A stretch of 64,000 nucleotides of DNA from Podarcis bocagei (taxonomy: Eukaryota), in assembly GCA_964188305.1 (NCBI GenBank), contig OZ076889.1; one strand, written 5' to 3'. Below, one piece after another: positions 33,708 through 46,700 of this stretch. Within the stretch, counting starts at the first letter, position 1, and the number at the start of each line of letters is the position of its first letter. The position numbers and the translations under genes are program-made. The notes beneath the pieces were generated by a model. That model saw only the letters and a program-made list of their open reading frames with translations. It searched no databases and was not told where the DNA came from.

Positions 33708-34769
33708 CTACTTTTCATTACCCACAGGTAACAGGTTCTGCATGCTCGGATCCCTATGAGATTCGGAGACATCGAATTCTGCTGTTGGTATGCTTATAAC
33801 TGGAGCGTGTGCAGACCCAGCGCTTTGCTCTTCTGAACATGCGGTCAATTCTGATTTCTGGGGCTCAAGGCTACTATTTACTTCTTCCTGAAAGCTCCTT
33901 AGTGATAGTGATGATGTTGGCCCAATTAACCTCTCACTGTCTTCTTGGGTTGGGGACTGGGCTGAGACTTCCATGTTGCTTGCCCTGCTTTCATCCAGAA
34001 AAGGTTTCTGGTATGAATTATCCTGGTGCTTCACTTCAGACTTGCTGCTTTCCACTGATAAGATTTTAGCACAACTATGAGATGAGCATGAACTGCGAGC
34101 TGAAGGGACAGAATTGTGGTGGTTAGCGAGTTTATTTCCAGATCTTGGAACTGGAATTGGCTTTGAGATGGGGATGTAGTCCACAAAAAGCACTCTATCC
34201 TTCTTACGAGGTTCTTCGGGGGAAGCTAACTCCTTCTCAAAAAAATCTGGAAGTTGGGATTTTATTCCTGAAATCAGGCTTCTAGATGAAATAGTACGGT
34301 ATATGGCCAGCGTTGGATTCTCTCCACATACCATAAGGCCTTCTTTCTGACGCTGAGGCATGTTTGTTGAAATACTCCTTTCAGGGACCGTATGTCTGCT
34401 GAAAGTTTTTGTGACACTTCCACTCATCTTCTGAACAATCTCTTTCTGAGAACTTGTGAAGATATCATCACATGGTGTTTTCTTCACAGATAAAATCTGA
34501 ACAGCGATGCGTTTTGGTTTCCCAGACAGGGCTGGCTTTTTCTTCCTCTTTGTAGTTTCATTGGGGGGAGAATTTTGTTTACTTCTGGTGATTGCAGTGG
34601 ATTCATTATAGTTATTTCGTAGGACCGGGTTTAGCTGCATGCATATTTCACCACTCCTATTCACACCATAAAATGCTCCATCCCCATACAGAGAAAGACA
34701 TGTATTCAATGCATGCTTCTTTACATACCCTTCATTGTGGCAATAGACGGGAAATGATTCACTTGACTT
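33708..34769 (-). CDS. C1orf141: C1orf141-like terminal exon (Ser/Lys-rich, low complexity)
   Basis: Strong acceptor tttctctcctcctttctctag|AAG TCA...; contains the 333-aa ORF 33708..34709; AATAAA on the minus strand at 33671-33666. Confidence 0.85.
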   Translation of the reverse strand, partial: KSSESFPVYCHNEGYVKKHALNTCLSLYGDGAFYGVNRSGEICMQLNPVLRNNYNESTAITRSKQNSPPNETTKRKKKPALSGKPKRIAVQILSVKKTPCDDIFTSSQKEIVQKMSGSVTKTFSRHTVPERSISTNMPQRQKEGLMVCGENPTLAIYRTISSRSLISGIKSQLPDFFEKELASPEEPRKKDRVLFVDYIPISKPIPVPRSGNKLANHHNSVPSARSSCSSHSCAKILSVESSKSEVKHQDNSYQKPFLDESRASNMEVSAQSPTQEDSERLIGPTSSLSLRSFQEEVNSSLEPQKSELTACSEEQSAGSAHAPVISIPTAEFDVSESHRDPSMQNLLPVGNEK

Positions 34770-37700
34770 CTAGAGAAAGGAGGAGAGAAATGTTAAAACC
34801 TTTCACACCAACAAAACTTTCACACCACTTGACAAGCTTTATTAGCTTGGTGAGAATGTCTAGCTTGTAGGCACGCACACTGCTAGGGCATGTGTGTCTG
34901 TTCTCATCAGCAGAGGCATTGTCTGACCCTGGGAGTGCTTATTAGACCTGTGCCCACTAAATCCAGTTCAGCCACCTCAAGTCATAGCTCTGAGGTCTCT
35001 CCAGCCACCAACAGCACAGGTAGGAAGCAGCTAGAACTCCTGTTCCAGTATTGTTGTCTGCCAGGGAAGAGCTTTCTTCAGAAAGGCTTTGCTCTACTGT
35101 CTCAATCCCCCCCTCCCCATTCCTCCAGTCTGCCATCCCAGATCTGAACCCAAAGGCACTAAGTGACTCATGACATGAACATATCCAGGTAGGGATAGGA
35201 AGGACCCCTGTCTGGAACTCTGGGGAGCTGCTGCCAGTCAGTGTAAACAATACTGGATTAGATGGACCAGTGATCGAACATACTGAGCCATACTAAAGCA
35301 GTTTCCTATGTGCATGACCCATTCTTCAAAGAGCTCAGACTAGCATTTCAGCTTCACAACGACCCCATGAGATGGGCAAGGCTGTAAGATAATGACTTGT
35401 CCAAAAATACACACAGCTTTATAGCTAAGTAGCAATTTGACTGAAACGAGATTTCCCATATACAAGCTAAGCATTCTCAGGCACTGTATGACGCTGGCCC
35501 CATTTCTGTATTAGAAGTATTAGTAAAATCCAATCTCTATGCTTTGAAAACAGATGAAGTCATTTGTGGGGGGGGGATAGTACTTTGTAAACAAAGTCTT
35601 CTGATTGCAATGAGGGTTTAATTCAGCAGTAAATCATGCAGAAATGTATTTCCCCGTATTTTGTGACACATTTCACTCAGGTCCCATAAAAGATTACATC
35701 TGTGGGCTTAGGTGTCAGTTAAGCCAGTTGCTAAAGGTCATGTGAATATGGTCAAGATAACATATAACATGGCAAGAATGTAAAAAAAACCTGTATATTA
35801 CCATCAGCATTAGTTGAACAGAATGCTGATTAGCTGCTGTCCAATGGGAAATGGGACTTTCTGTGTGGTGTTTGTCCTACTCAGAATAGGCCTATTGAGG
35901 TTAGAAACATGACTTAGTTCATTAATTTCAACTGTCCATGCTTAGCAGTAGTTGGTTGAATACACTTCCCCATTAAAAAAAAAGAGTTTTAAAATATACA
36001 ACAAAAAATGTCTTCCTTTGGTCCTTCAAATAAGAATAACAGGGATAGTTGCACTGTGAAGTCTTTTGGTTTATGATGTATTTTAGCAGCATCTTGCCTA
36101 AGACAGCTACTGATTTAACTGATATATTAAGCCACGGGGATTTCCATTTTTGTCAACCAGTTCTTCATAAAGAATTCTCTTACATTCTGTAATTAGCAAT
36201 GAGAATTCTTTCAAACCATGTAACCTGTTTTTCCAGTGGGTATCTTAACACTGAGATAATAGGAAATTCTTAAGGTAACTACTTTCTTAACCTATAGAAT
36301 TTTTTAAAAACCCATTAAACAGGTGGTAGTGGTAGTGGTGGGGAGATGATATTACCGGTAAGCTGTCACATTTTGGCCTTGAACTGCCAGCTCTGATCAC
36401 TTTGGCATTTGGTTTTTCTATTTCATCCTCAATGCACAGAGGTACAGAAATCTTCTTCTTTTTCAGTACTGCATCCTCAAAGTGGATAAAAGTCTTAATA
36501 TTTTTTTCCTCATTGGTGAAATCGTATTTCCAAAGAGCGTCTCTGCATTTTAAAAAACAGTGATAGCAATAAGTGGTCACCAAACAATTAAATAAGCAAT
36601 ATTACTGGATATTGCTAGTTCCAACCCTGATATTACATTCTTCAAAAGTAATGTGTTATCAGCCCAGTCCTGTGGAACACTGCCAGTTGAGATTCAGTGA
36701 GTGCCTTCTGTGCCCAATTTTAAAAATCTGCTAAAAACTTTTCTATTCTGTCAGGCCTATGCAGGCAATTAAGAATACATTCCCACAATGGTTTACTGAT
36801 GTTTGTTTTTCTTTCCTTTTATCTTTTAGCTTGTTCTTTAAAAAATCTTTTTATGATTTTATTGTTTGGTTTTATGTTTTTATATTGTTGTAAACCACTG
36901 TGATATATTTTTTATGATACAGTGGTATATAAATGTCTGTATGTATGAATGTATGTGTTTACATAATGCCTTTTGCAAGAGCACCAGATCAATTATTCAC
37001 CTGGTATGCTTCAAAGCCAGTAGTAATACTACTATTAACAACAACATGCTTTTTCAACGTGTCAAGCACCTTGCACATGTTAATCTCAGTCATTCTTACA
37101 ACAACCCTAGGTCACTGTCATTGCCCTCCTATTGCATAGCAGTTCAGCCACTATGGCTGAGCTGTAATTTAACTAGGGAATCTCCTACATCTACAGCTCT
37201 CCCACATTTCATTAAATATATTCTCATTTTTCCATAGGTTCTGGTGCATCCAAGAAACAATGAACATAAAGCAGTTGCCTTGTTTTCTTGTTTGCATCAG
37301 AAAAATTGTCGTGAACGCAACTCAGGGTCTGAGGGAGAAAGCACACAGACCAAAGCAATAGTACCGGTTTTCAGAAATACTATATTAATTCCATCTATTC
37401 AAGTGCTCTCGATTTTATAGCACATTCACACATCCTCTGCAGGGATATAGCTGCCAAAGACAGCTGCTCTGTCTAATCAGATGGCCAGTTCAACTTTACT
37501 GGGTGAGTCTGGAGAAGAAGAAAGCTGCTCCCTACATACCTGCTATCCACGCTATGAATAATTGTAAAAGTTTTTGGCATGTTCCCAATTTTACTTGCCT
37601 TTTTATTTTAACTACAAAACCCCAAACCTGACCTTGCAGTCCTTCAGTATAGTCCAGGGGTCAGCAACCGCGGCTCCGGAGCCGCATGTGGCTCTTTTAC

Positions 37701-40700
37701 ACCTTTGCCGCGGCTCCAGGGCGGATACTAGGGAGGGGAGGAGGCGCATTGTGCGCCCTGACACTCCCCACTGTGGCGGGCGCTGTACTGGCTGTGACGT
37801 GGCATGGGGGCGTTGCATGCGTTAGTCACGCACCGTCCCGACGTCACCTTCCCGCCCGCTGTCAGATCGGAGGGCAGCGGCGCGCATGCTTTAAATGTCG
37901 CAATGGTTTTGTGGCTCCCAGTTTTTTTCCCCTTCGGAAACGGGTCCAAGTGGCTCTTTTTGTCTTAAAGGTTGCAGACCCCTGGTATAGTCCAACAGAC
38001 ATCAAAAGCCACATAAAATAATATAGTAAAGGTATTCTTGATCCTGATGTCAAACAGATCCAAAAAAATGTGTCCTGTAAGCCTCATAAAAGGGAGGGGC
38101 AAGTATATTGGAGTTTCATATGCCCCATGGATTCCACATTCTTGGGCAAACAGGAGCATTTTTCATACTCAAGCTGTGGCACTTTGATAGGCTCTGAACA
38201 ATTTCATATGTTAATAGGAAATAAAAGTGAGATTGCCAAAGTGCTCTTTTGTAAGTATATCTGTTATATTTTGTCATAAGTTTTATTTATTTTCTGACAG
38301 AGTATTATTTTCTTGGAATCAAAAGGGAGGAAAAAGACTTCTTAGCTTTCGACATATAATTGAAGGAAATTTATTCTGTAGGGGGACTGAGATTTCCATG
38401 GACCGTGGACTATAAAACAAAGACATGTAAAGACTCACAAATATTATTAGAGTCCGAGAAGGCATAAAAAGAACAAAGTATTGATAGAAAAGTGTTCTAT
38501 ATTTGTTACATATTAGAACCGTAAGGTACAGGATAAAATACAATCATATGATGTACAGTGGTACCTCAGGTTACATACACTTCAGGTTACATATGCTTCA
38601 GGTTTCAGACTCCGCTAACCCAGAAATATTACCTCGGGTTAAGAACTTTGCTTCAGGATGAGAACAGAAATCGCGCAGCAGCAGCGGGAGGCCCCATTAG
38701 CTAAAGTGGTGCTTCAGGTTAAGAACAGTTTCAGGTTAAGAATGGACCTCTGGAACAAATTAAGTACTTAACCCGAGGTACCACTGTAATGGTTGTTGTG
38801 TTAAATGAATAGTTGGAAAATATTATCTAAATATATTTTGAAATAATGATACTGTATCAAAATAGTATCTACTGATTTTTATTTAATTGTTTTTATAGGA
38901 ATTTATTGACTTTGCATTTTATGTGTCCCACTAGTAATAAACAAAACCACTAGCTCTACACACACACACAAAAACACACACACACACACACACACACACA
39001 TATCCCTTATTTCTTATGGCAGGACATCAGGAGAGGGATAGGGAGGAGAGCAACATAAAACTCCTACAAATGAAGGTCCTCTCCCCGCTATTTTATATAA
39101 CCTTCTATTCTATTTCTGAAATTTTGAGGATAGTGCCCACACTAATTTTAGCCAAAATTGCACCACCCAAGCACAAAAGGGGGAGGTATGGGCAGAATCT
39201 GGAGAATCCCAAGGAAGGCACAAGTAAAAAAATATATCAGTATCAATAAATCACTGCTCACCCACCCACCTGCACTGGCCTCCTGTCTCCCTGCCTCTGT
39301 CTCCCTCCTCTTTGCCTTCCAATGCTTTTGCAATGGTCCAGTGGTCCACAGTGCCATCTGTCTGTGGCCAAGCACACTACAGCATTATGACACCCTTGCA
39401 TTTTTATTATATAATAAATTATATGAGCTTTCATTTATAAAAAGTAAGCCTCTAGCCCTACTAGAAGGAACATTATAAAGCAAAATATGCAAGCATCTTT
39501 CTAAGCAATTTCTGTGAGCTAGTCTGGTTGCTCCTGCCTTTCAGTGTTTTTAGCCAATGAGTGAAATCAGAAATATGATTGATGAGAGATATTTGGACGC
39601 AAGTCCATAAGAATCCTTGTGGTTTCTTCCTATTGGGACAGAACACTGGATATTGGGAGCAGCTTTATTCTTTTACTGGGCAATTATTATTATTATTATT
39701 TATTGAATTTATATACCGTCCTATAGCCGGAGGTCTCAGGGCGGTTCACTGAATAAAATCAAAATATAATCAAAATAAAAGTAACAACCCCTCAAAAAAG
39801 CCACATTGTAAAAGGGCATAGGAAAATACTGACTCCTTACTATATTTACAAAAATAAAAAAAATAAAAAATAAAGTATGCCACTCTGCATTCTAGTCTCC
39901 TTCTCTCCAGTGGCTACAGGCCTAAGACAACTCCTCTTAGGAATCAATCCCCTGTGTAGTTGAACACAAGTAGGACTTGTGCATTGGTAAAACATGCAGT
40001 AGTCAGGCTAGATTAAGATTGGCTGAAGCCTTGAAGCTGTACTAATTTGCAGGGGTGGAGTATCCCCCAAAATGGACCTTTATATGTGCATTTATATATA
40101 CATCACTTTGGTTAAGGGAACCAAAATTTGATGCCTGATACAAGCACCACATCCTCCTTTGTAGCCATTTTATGCCTCCAACATCTTCTCAACAGCCATG
40201 TGCACTATTATTCCTGATTATGAATAGTTACCTTTTGTTCAGGTTATCTTGTAAATAATGGACATTTGTACAGGATTTGACTTTACCCTTTCTCTTCAGT
40301 TCCTGATCAACTCCATGTTTGGCTTCATCATAAACACCTGAAATGACAATGAAATTTATTACATCTCACAAATACAATGGCATAGACAAGATAAAAGTGG
40401 CTTTTCACAGAAAACACTCATAGTAGCTTATATTAAATAATAACTTGAAGTTAGATAAAATAAAGAATATGAGGGTACAGGGTAGCACCATTGTGGTTCC
40501 GTTGTTGGTCTGAGAGCTGATTCAGATACTAAAGCTCAGCGTGGAGCCTCTGTGATTTATAAGCTGCTTATAAGCTAGCCACAAAGAGAACCTCCATACC
40601 TGTCCTAAACTATGGTTTTTTAATTAAATTATAAGCATCTGGTTTATTTTCATCATAATTACGTATAAATCAAAATATAACTAGGTCAATACATTCTAAC

Positions 40701-43700
40701 AAATATTTTATTTTGTACTCAAAAGGTTAGGAAATTTGTTTTAAGAAGTGCACGAGATGTATCGAATAATATATGCAGAAACAAATCTTTGTCTACTCTC
40801 CCAGTTTAGGCAAATGCTGCTGGTTCAAAAACCATCGCTAGCTTTCCCAGCCTTTGGGGGCAAAACTCAACAATTGGACTATGACTTTTTCAGTGATGGT
40901 CTGTTTCTCACTGAGATGGTTCTTCCAAATTACTGAGGCATTTGTGAGGCCAAAGTGCTATGTAATGGCTACTATGGTTTTTGTTAGTCATTTTTATTAT
41001 TTATTTTTCTCCAACCTTTTCCCACAGCAGCAGTTGTCCTTCCATCCTCACGACTGGTTCCTCTAAATACACTCCTGTGATAATCATCCATGCCACTCAA
41101 AGATTTCCTTTCATCCTGGTTGTTGGGAAACATTTTTTTGTGCATATGTCAAAGCAGTTATACGGACTTACAGCAATTATCCTATGCAAGCAATATCACT
41201 TTGGGCTACAATTAAATGACATAGAGCCATATGAAGACAACATGTCTTTGATATAATTGACTCAAATTGCAAATGTTATTTTAATACTTTGAGTTAGGTT
41301 TTATCATGTCACATGCAAGATTGTCCCATATCAATTTACACAAGAACTAGTCACATTTCTTCTGTATTCAAAATGCCTCTGTAGTCAACATAAGGCTATA
41401 TTTTGAGTGGTGTCTCGGAACTAAAGTGTAGTGGATAGAGTGTTAAACTAGGAATTGGGAGACCAAGATTCGAATTCCGACTCAGCCATGAAGGTTACTT
41501 GGTTACTTGGGCCAGTCATTGCCTCTCAGCATAACTTCCCTCACAGGGATGTTGAGAGGATAAAATGTGAAGGAAGGGGAACCACGTATTGAACGCATTA
41601 ATATATTTTAAAACATGCAGGTTTTTAGATCCTCTTTGATCCTAAAACAGAGGATCCTATAAACAGGATTGTATTGCTAAGGATGATTTCATAGGAAAAA
41701 TAGTGTGTGGCTCTAAATATAATTTGTAATTACAAAAAATACTACTTATGCAAGTATTATACTTATGCAAGTATTATAATTATACTTATATTTGTTAAAT
41801 AAATATTCAAGAAAGCCTTTGCTATTTCTTTCACTATTCTGATTTCCCCCCTTGAGGCTTATTTGTCCCATTTATATAATCTGCCATTCTAAATTGCATC
41901 CCACATAAGAGGGACAGTGTTGTTTAGTTTAACATTTAATGATTTTTATCTAAAATAATCTTTTAAAAAAATTGTTGGGATTAGCAGGCAACCAGAATTA
42001 TCGACACTATCCTCCCCAAGGAGAACATTCCTTTTTTCTGCAGACTATTATGGGAACATTTGGCAGTAACACAGAACTGGTGTATTACGCAACACTGTGC
42101 ATCATTGTTAAAACAACCTAGGCTGCTTAACACTGTCAAAGCCATGCAAATTTCCTCCATCAGTGGTACAGGGTTGCCATACAATCTAATTGGCTTCCTC
42201 TTTAATACATCATGCAAACATATGTTTTGACCAAAAATAACAATGTCTAACTAACCACCACCACCAATTAATTTTTCAGCAAATAAGAACCAGTTGACCC
42301 ATATACCAGACAAGTGTGCTAGATCGTTCAATAAATTATTTTATAGAAACAGCAAGAAAACACTTGGCAGCATGGCTCACCTCTGACATTCTCCCAGGTC
42401 TTTTCTGCACTTCTGTGGCGGAATGAGCAGATTTAAGCCTTTGTTTTAGTTTCAGGAGCGTGAAACCTCCATCTAGAGCCTCCATGTTCACTGAAAAAAC
42501 ATAAAAATGTGAATAAATCACATTTTTGATGTTGTCTCTAATGTTATTGGTCACCCACCGAACTCAAACCCAGCTCTGGCTCTTCTGTTGCTAGACACAG
42601 ATCTAGATTCTCTCCCCTCATACGAAAAAAGGAACTCACTGCCATGCTGTTTACTGCTGCCTGTTTAGAGATTGGCTCCCATTGTTAGGCCTCCAAAGGA
42701 CAATTTCTGACAGGATGGCTAGAAAATGTTTGGGATTTTTGCCTCTTTCTGGGCACCTAATGCAACATGGAAGGGTTATTAGAGGTCAAACTGGACATGA
42801 TCATTTCAATAATGTGTGATCACCATGTAAATAGAAGTGATGTTAATGTAAGACCTCCACTACTCATGCTTCCTTATGGAGAGGTTATGTCACAGATAGT
42901 TAAACCCTTGACAATGTGTTCAATGTTTCAGTTACTTTAGTGTCCCCACTCAACTTTTATTTTTATATGCAGTTGATATACGGTATGCATGTAACACTAT
43001 ACAGGTTTTGTTGGAACTAACCAATGCTATTTTACTGCAAATTAATATATATATATTCTATTAAAAAATCAAATTACACAGCACTGAAGTCCACTGGGAT
43101 AGTTCAGAGTTTGTCTTCAATGGGCAGAATTTGATGACTGCAGTGCAAGCATCAAGTACACATCTCTGCTTGCTTTAAAATACATCTGGAATGGTCAAAT
43201 GGATCATCAGATTTAAGGTAATCCCATATCCTATATTATACTGCTTACTAATATTGACCACATTCTCCTAGTGTGGATCCTTCTGGAGTCAAAATGGTGC
43301 CATCAACACAGAAGAGGAAGGTACCATCAGGCTTGGGGGAACCCTAGTTGCAGAAGTATTTCTAAAAATGGGGAGGGGAGGGGGGTGGAATGTTCCAAAC
43401 CAATTCCCTGCTTTAAATAAAAACAGCAAACATACCTCTCTGATTAGTTGGTTTATGTTTCAGGTAGCTTGGAGCACTAAATAGCCTCACAACAGGTTTT
43501 CCTGAGTGGTCCTTCCTTTGTGTTGACTGAGATTGGGGCCTAACAGTAATACAATAACAACAGCTGTAAACTACGGGAAACATTATATGGCTGGATACGG
43601 TTAAATCACTTGTGAAAGACAGCAGAAAAGAATGTCAGCATTTTGTCAACTTTAAAGAGATTATTTTAATTGACATATTGGTTTTCACGGGATTACTTTT

Positions 43701-46700
43701 ATTTACACACTAGTTTATTTCTTAAATGTTATAGTCCGTTCTTTCAACATAAAGTTCTTTTTTAAAAATTTAAATTATTTTAAAATAAATTTCAGGACAG
43801 ATTTCAACAAAATCATAAAGCAATGAACAAAACAACCCAAGTGTAACAAAAAAACGTTGTGGGTGGGGGCAGCCATGCAATCCTTGAAGTTGGAGACGTG
43901 AGGTCATTGGACAGGGTCACCCTGGGTTCACTAAAATTCACTAAATTTATGTCCCATTCTTCCTCCAACAAACTCAAAGCACCAAACCTGGTTCTCCCCC
44001 TTTTATTTTTCCCCAGCTCCCTGTGAGGTAGTTTAGGCCCAAAGCTTAGGCACACATCTTCTTGCTTTTGGAAATGCATGCAAGCATGCATATTACATAC
44101 ATACACAATGAATATGTTCCTGCAAGATAAGGGTTAGTGTATCCCTCAGCAGAAAGGTGGAAGGCATTTCTTCCACAGAAATGTTTGTTTGTTCTGTACA
44201 AACTCAACAGACCCGCCACGCTAGTAAGCTTTCATTGTGCTTGCAGCATATGGGGGAGCTGGACTGAGTCCTCCACTTGTTAGCTAACTTATTGTTGTTG
44301 GCCAAGGTCCTTGCATTGGAAGACAAAAATGAGCGAAGGATTGGACACAACATGACAAGTCTCCCTCTGCACCAAAACACTGATAAATAAATTCATCCTA
44401 TTTATTGTAAAAAAAATTGATCGTTAAAGAAACCCCAACCAAACCCTCCGAACGGTTTATAAAAAGACTGAAGCAATAAAATTATTAGTAAAAACAGCAA
44501 TTTAAAGCATTCAAATAATAATTAAAATAAGTGATAAGCTAAACAAAAAATTAAAATACCGTACATGTAAAATATTCTACATATCTGAGTAGGCTTGTCT
44601 ATACAAAAATGTTTTTAAAAGGCACCAAAAAGAGTACAGTGGAGGCATCTGCCTGATGTTAATAGGCAGGGAATTCTAAAGTGTAGGTGCTACCACACAA
44701 AATGACTGGTTTCTTACAAATGCAGAGCAAGTATTATGTAGCACCTGTAGCAGTCCCAGTTCCACAGACTGAAGCGGCCCAGTGTAAATATATGGGATAA
44801 GGTGAAACCACTGGTAAACTGGTCCCAAGTTGTTAAGGGGTTTATATACTAATCGTATTGTCTTGAACTTGATCTGGTATCAGATTGGCAACTAGTGCAG
44901 GTCTCTGAGCACAGGTGTCACATGCTGACAGCGTCTTACTCCCGTAGTAATCATCACTCAAATCAATCATTTTATTTGTATGCCTCCTTTCCAAACTTAT
45001 AACCATGCTCAAGGTGCCTTGCAACTTTCTAGGAATTAAAGAACTACAAACGTAACAAAAGTAGTCATAAAGAAAACATCAAAAAGTACACAACCAAATG
45101 TGGAACCATTTCCACATATAAAAATGTGATACAAAATAAAGATGCGAATAATTAACAGCAACAACTCCCACCCCCAACAAACAATACCCCAGCCCAAGAT
45201 TCTGTTCCGCAACCTCAGCTTTTGTAGCTGGAGTCAGTCAGTGTCCTGCCATCCCAGGCCAGGTGGGAAAAGGCCTGCAAGGCAGGGAGCATCTCTTCCA
45301 AGACTCACATCCAAATAGATTTGATTTTTATCCATTCTTTTATTAGACACAAATTTAAACATAAAACCTATCCTGTACCTGCTGCAAATTGTATACATAC
45401 ATTTATTCATAATGATTATGTCCACAAAGTATTCTAAATTGAGCAAGGAATATGAATACATACCTCTTTCTAAATAAGGACCATTTTTTTTAACGATGAG
45501 AAACTACACTAAATCATAAAGAACCACCTTATTTGTTCACCTTACTTACTAGTGTATCAGACCAGTCCTCAGGGTTCAGGGAGCAATACAAAGCATTCTG
45601 TGGAGTCAAGTGGGGAAACTATAGTATGAAGATAGTTCAAGAAGATGGACTTAACTACCAAAAATAAACACCGGTATGAACTTAAGGTGTGGATGGGTGT
45701 CTCACCTTTGTGACTGCTGAACTGTGCTCTGATCATCTTGAATAACATGCTGAGTGGACGGAGTTACAGAAATACTTGATTTTACAGATCGAGACAATTC
45801 ATAATTCAGATTCAAGTCAAATGTCAGGGGAGTTCTCACACACGGGTTTACCTGTACTCTCCCTAGCTTTCGGCACTGTTAATAAAAAAGATACAGCATT
45901 CACTGGTATAGTGTTTCATGCTTTTCACTAAGGGCAGAAAGTTCCAGGGCAGCTTTATGGAATGGTTTGTTTGAGAGCAATGGCATTTTAAGATCTGTTT
46001 GTTTACTTTTATACAGGGTGAGCGGGTAGTTAGCAGGTAGGCCCTTCTTCAAGGACTCCCACCAAATGAGGTGTGTGGTGGGGGGGTATAAGTGAAATTG
46101 AAACCCTGGTTGTGGAATGTACTGCCAGATTGGTTTGCCGGGGCCTTAATGTTCCATTGCCACAATTTTATTATTTTCCTTTAGCGCTTAAATGTTATTC
46201 TTTGCTCTTTGTATTTTATCTGAATTTGGAGTTTGTTTGAATGCTGCTTCAAATTTTATTACTTTATATTAATGTTATTTTTAACCTGTTTGTTTTTTAT
46301 TATGTAAACTTGGGCACAACTCCTACTGCAGCAGAATATAGATATGTACAAGTGTAAGCCCTCCTTGCATGATGTTATGATGTGGGTCTTCTGGAAAATG
46401 TTGAATTGGAAAACCAGGGAAATTTGCCTTGGAAAATTTTCAGTCTGCACTGGAAATTTTTCTGATGCCCTCGAGAGTGGCTTAATTTAGGTTGTTTACT
46501 TTACTTGTATGTAGCAAACAAAGCTAAAAACTTTGGAGGGGCTAAGGTTGCCTAATATTTTATTTGCAATTGTTATCCATCTGTTGTTTCCAGTAAACCT
46601 AGGAATCAGAATTTTTTCAATGGAAAAAGAAAACGCTGGGAAATATTCTGCTCCACATCACTATACTCCATACCCTCTTTTTGTGACAGGAACACTGTAT

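Noticed and set aside
41016-41074. Possible additional 59-bp C1orf141 exon (-)
   Set aside because: Weak acceptor tract and donor (gttgga); not needed for a continuous frame
41742-41778. Tandem duplication tacttatgcaagtattat x2
   Set aside because: Simple local slippage in an AT-rich intron; no sign of function
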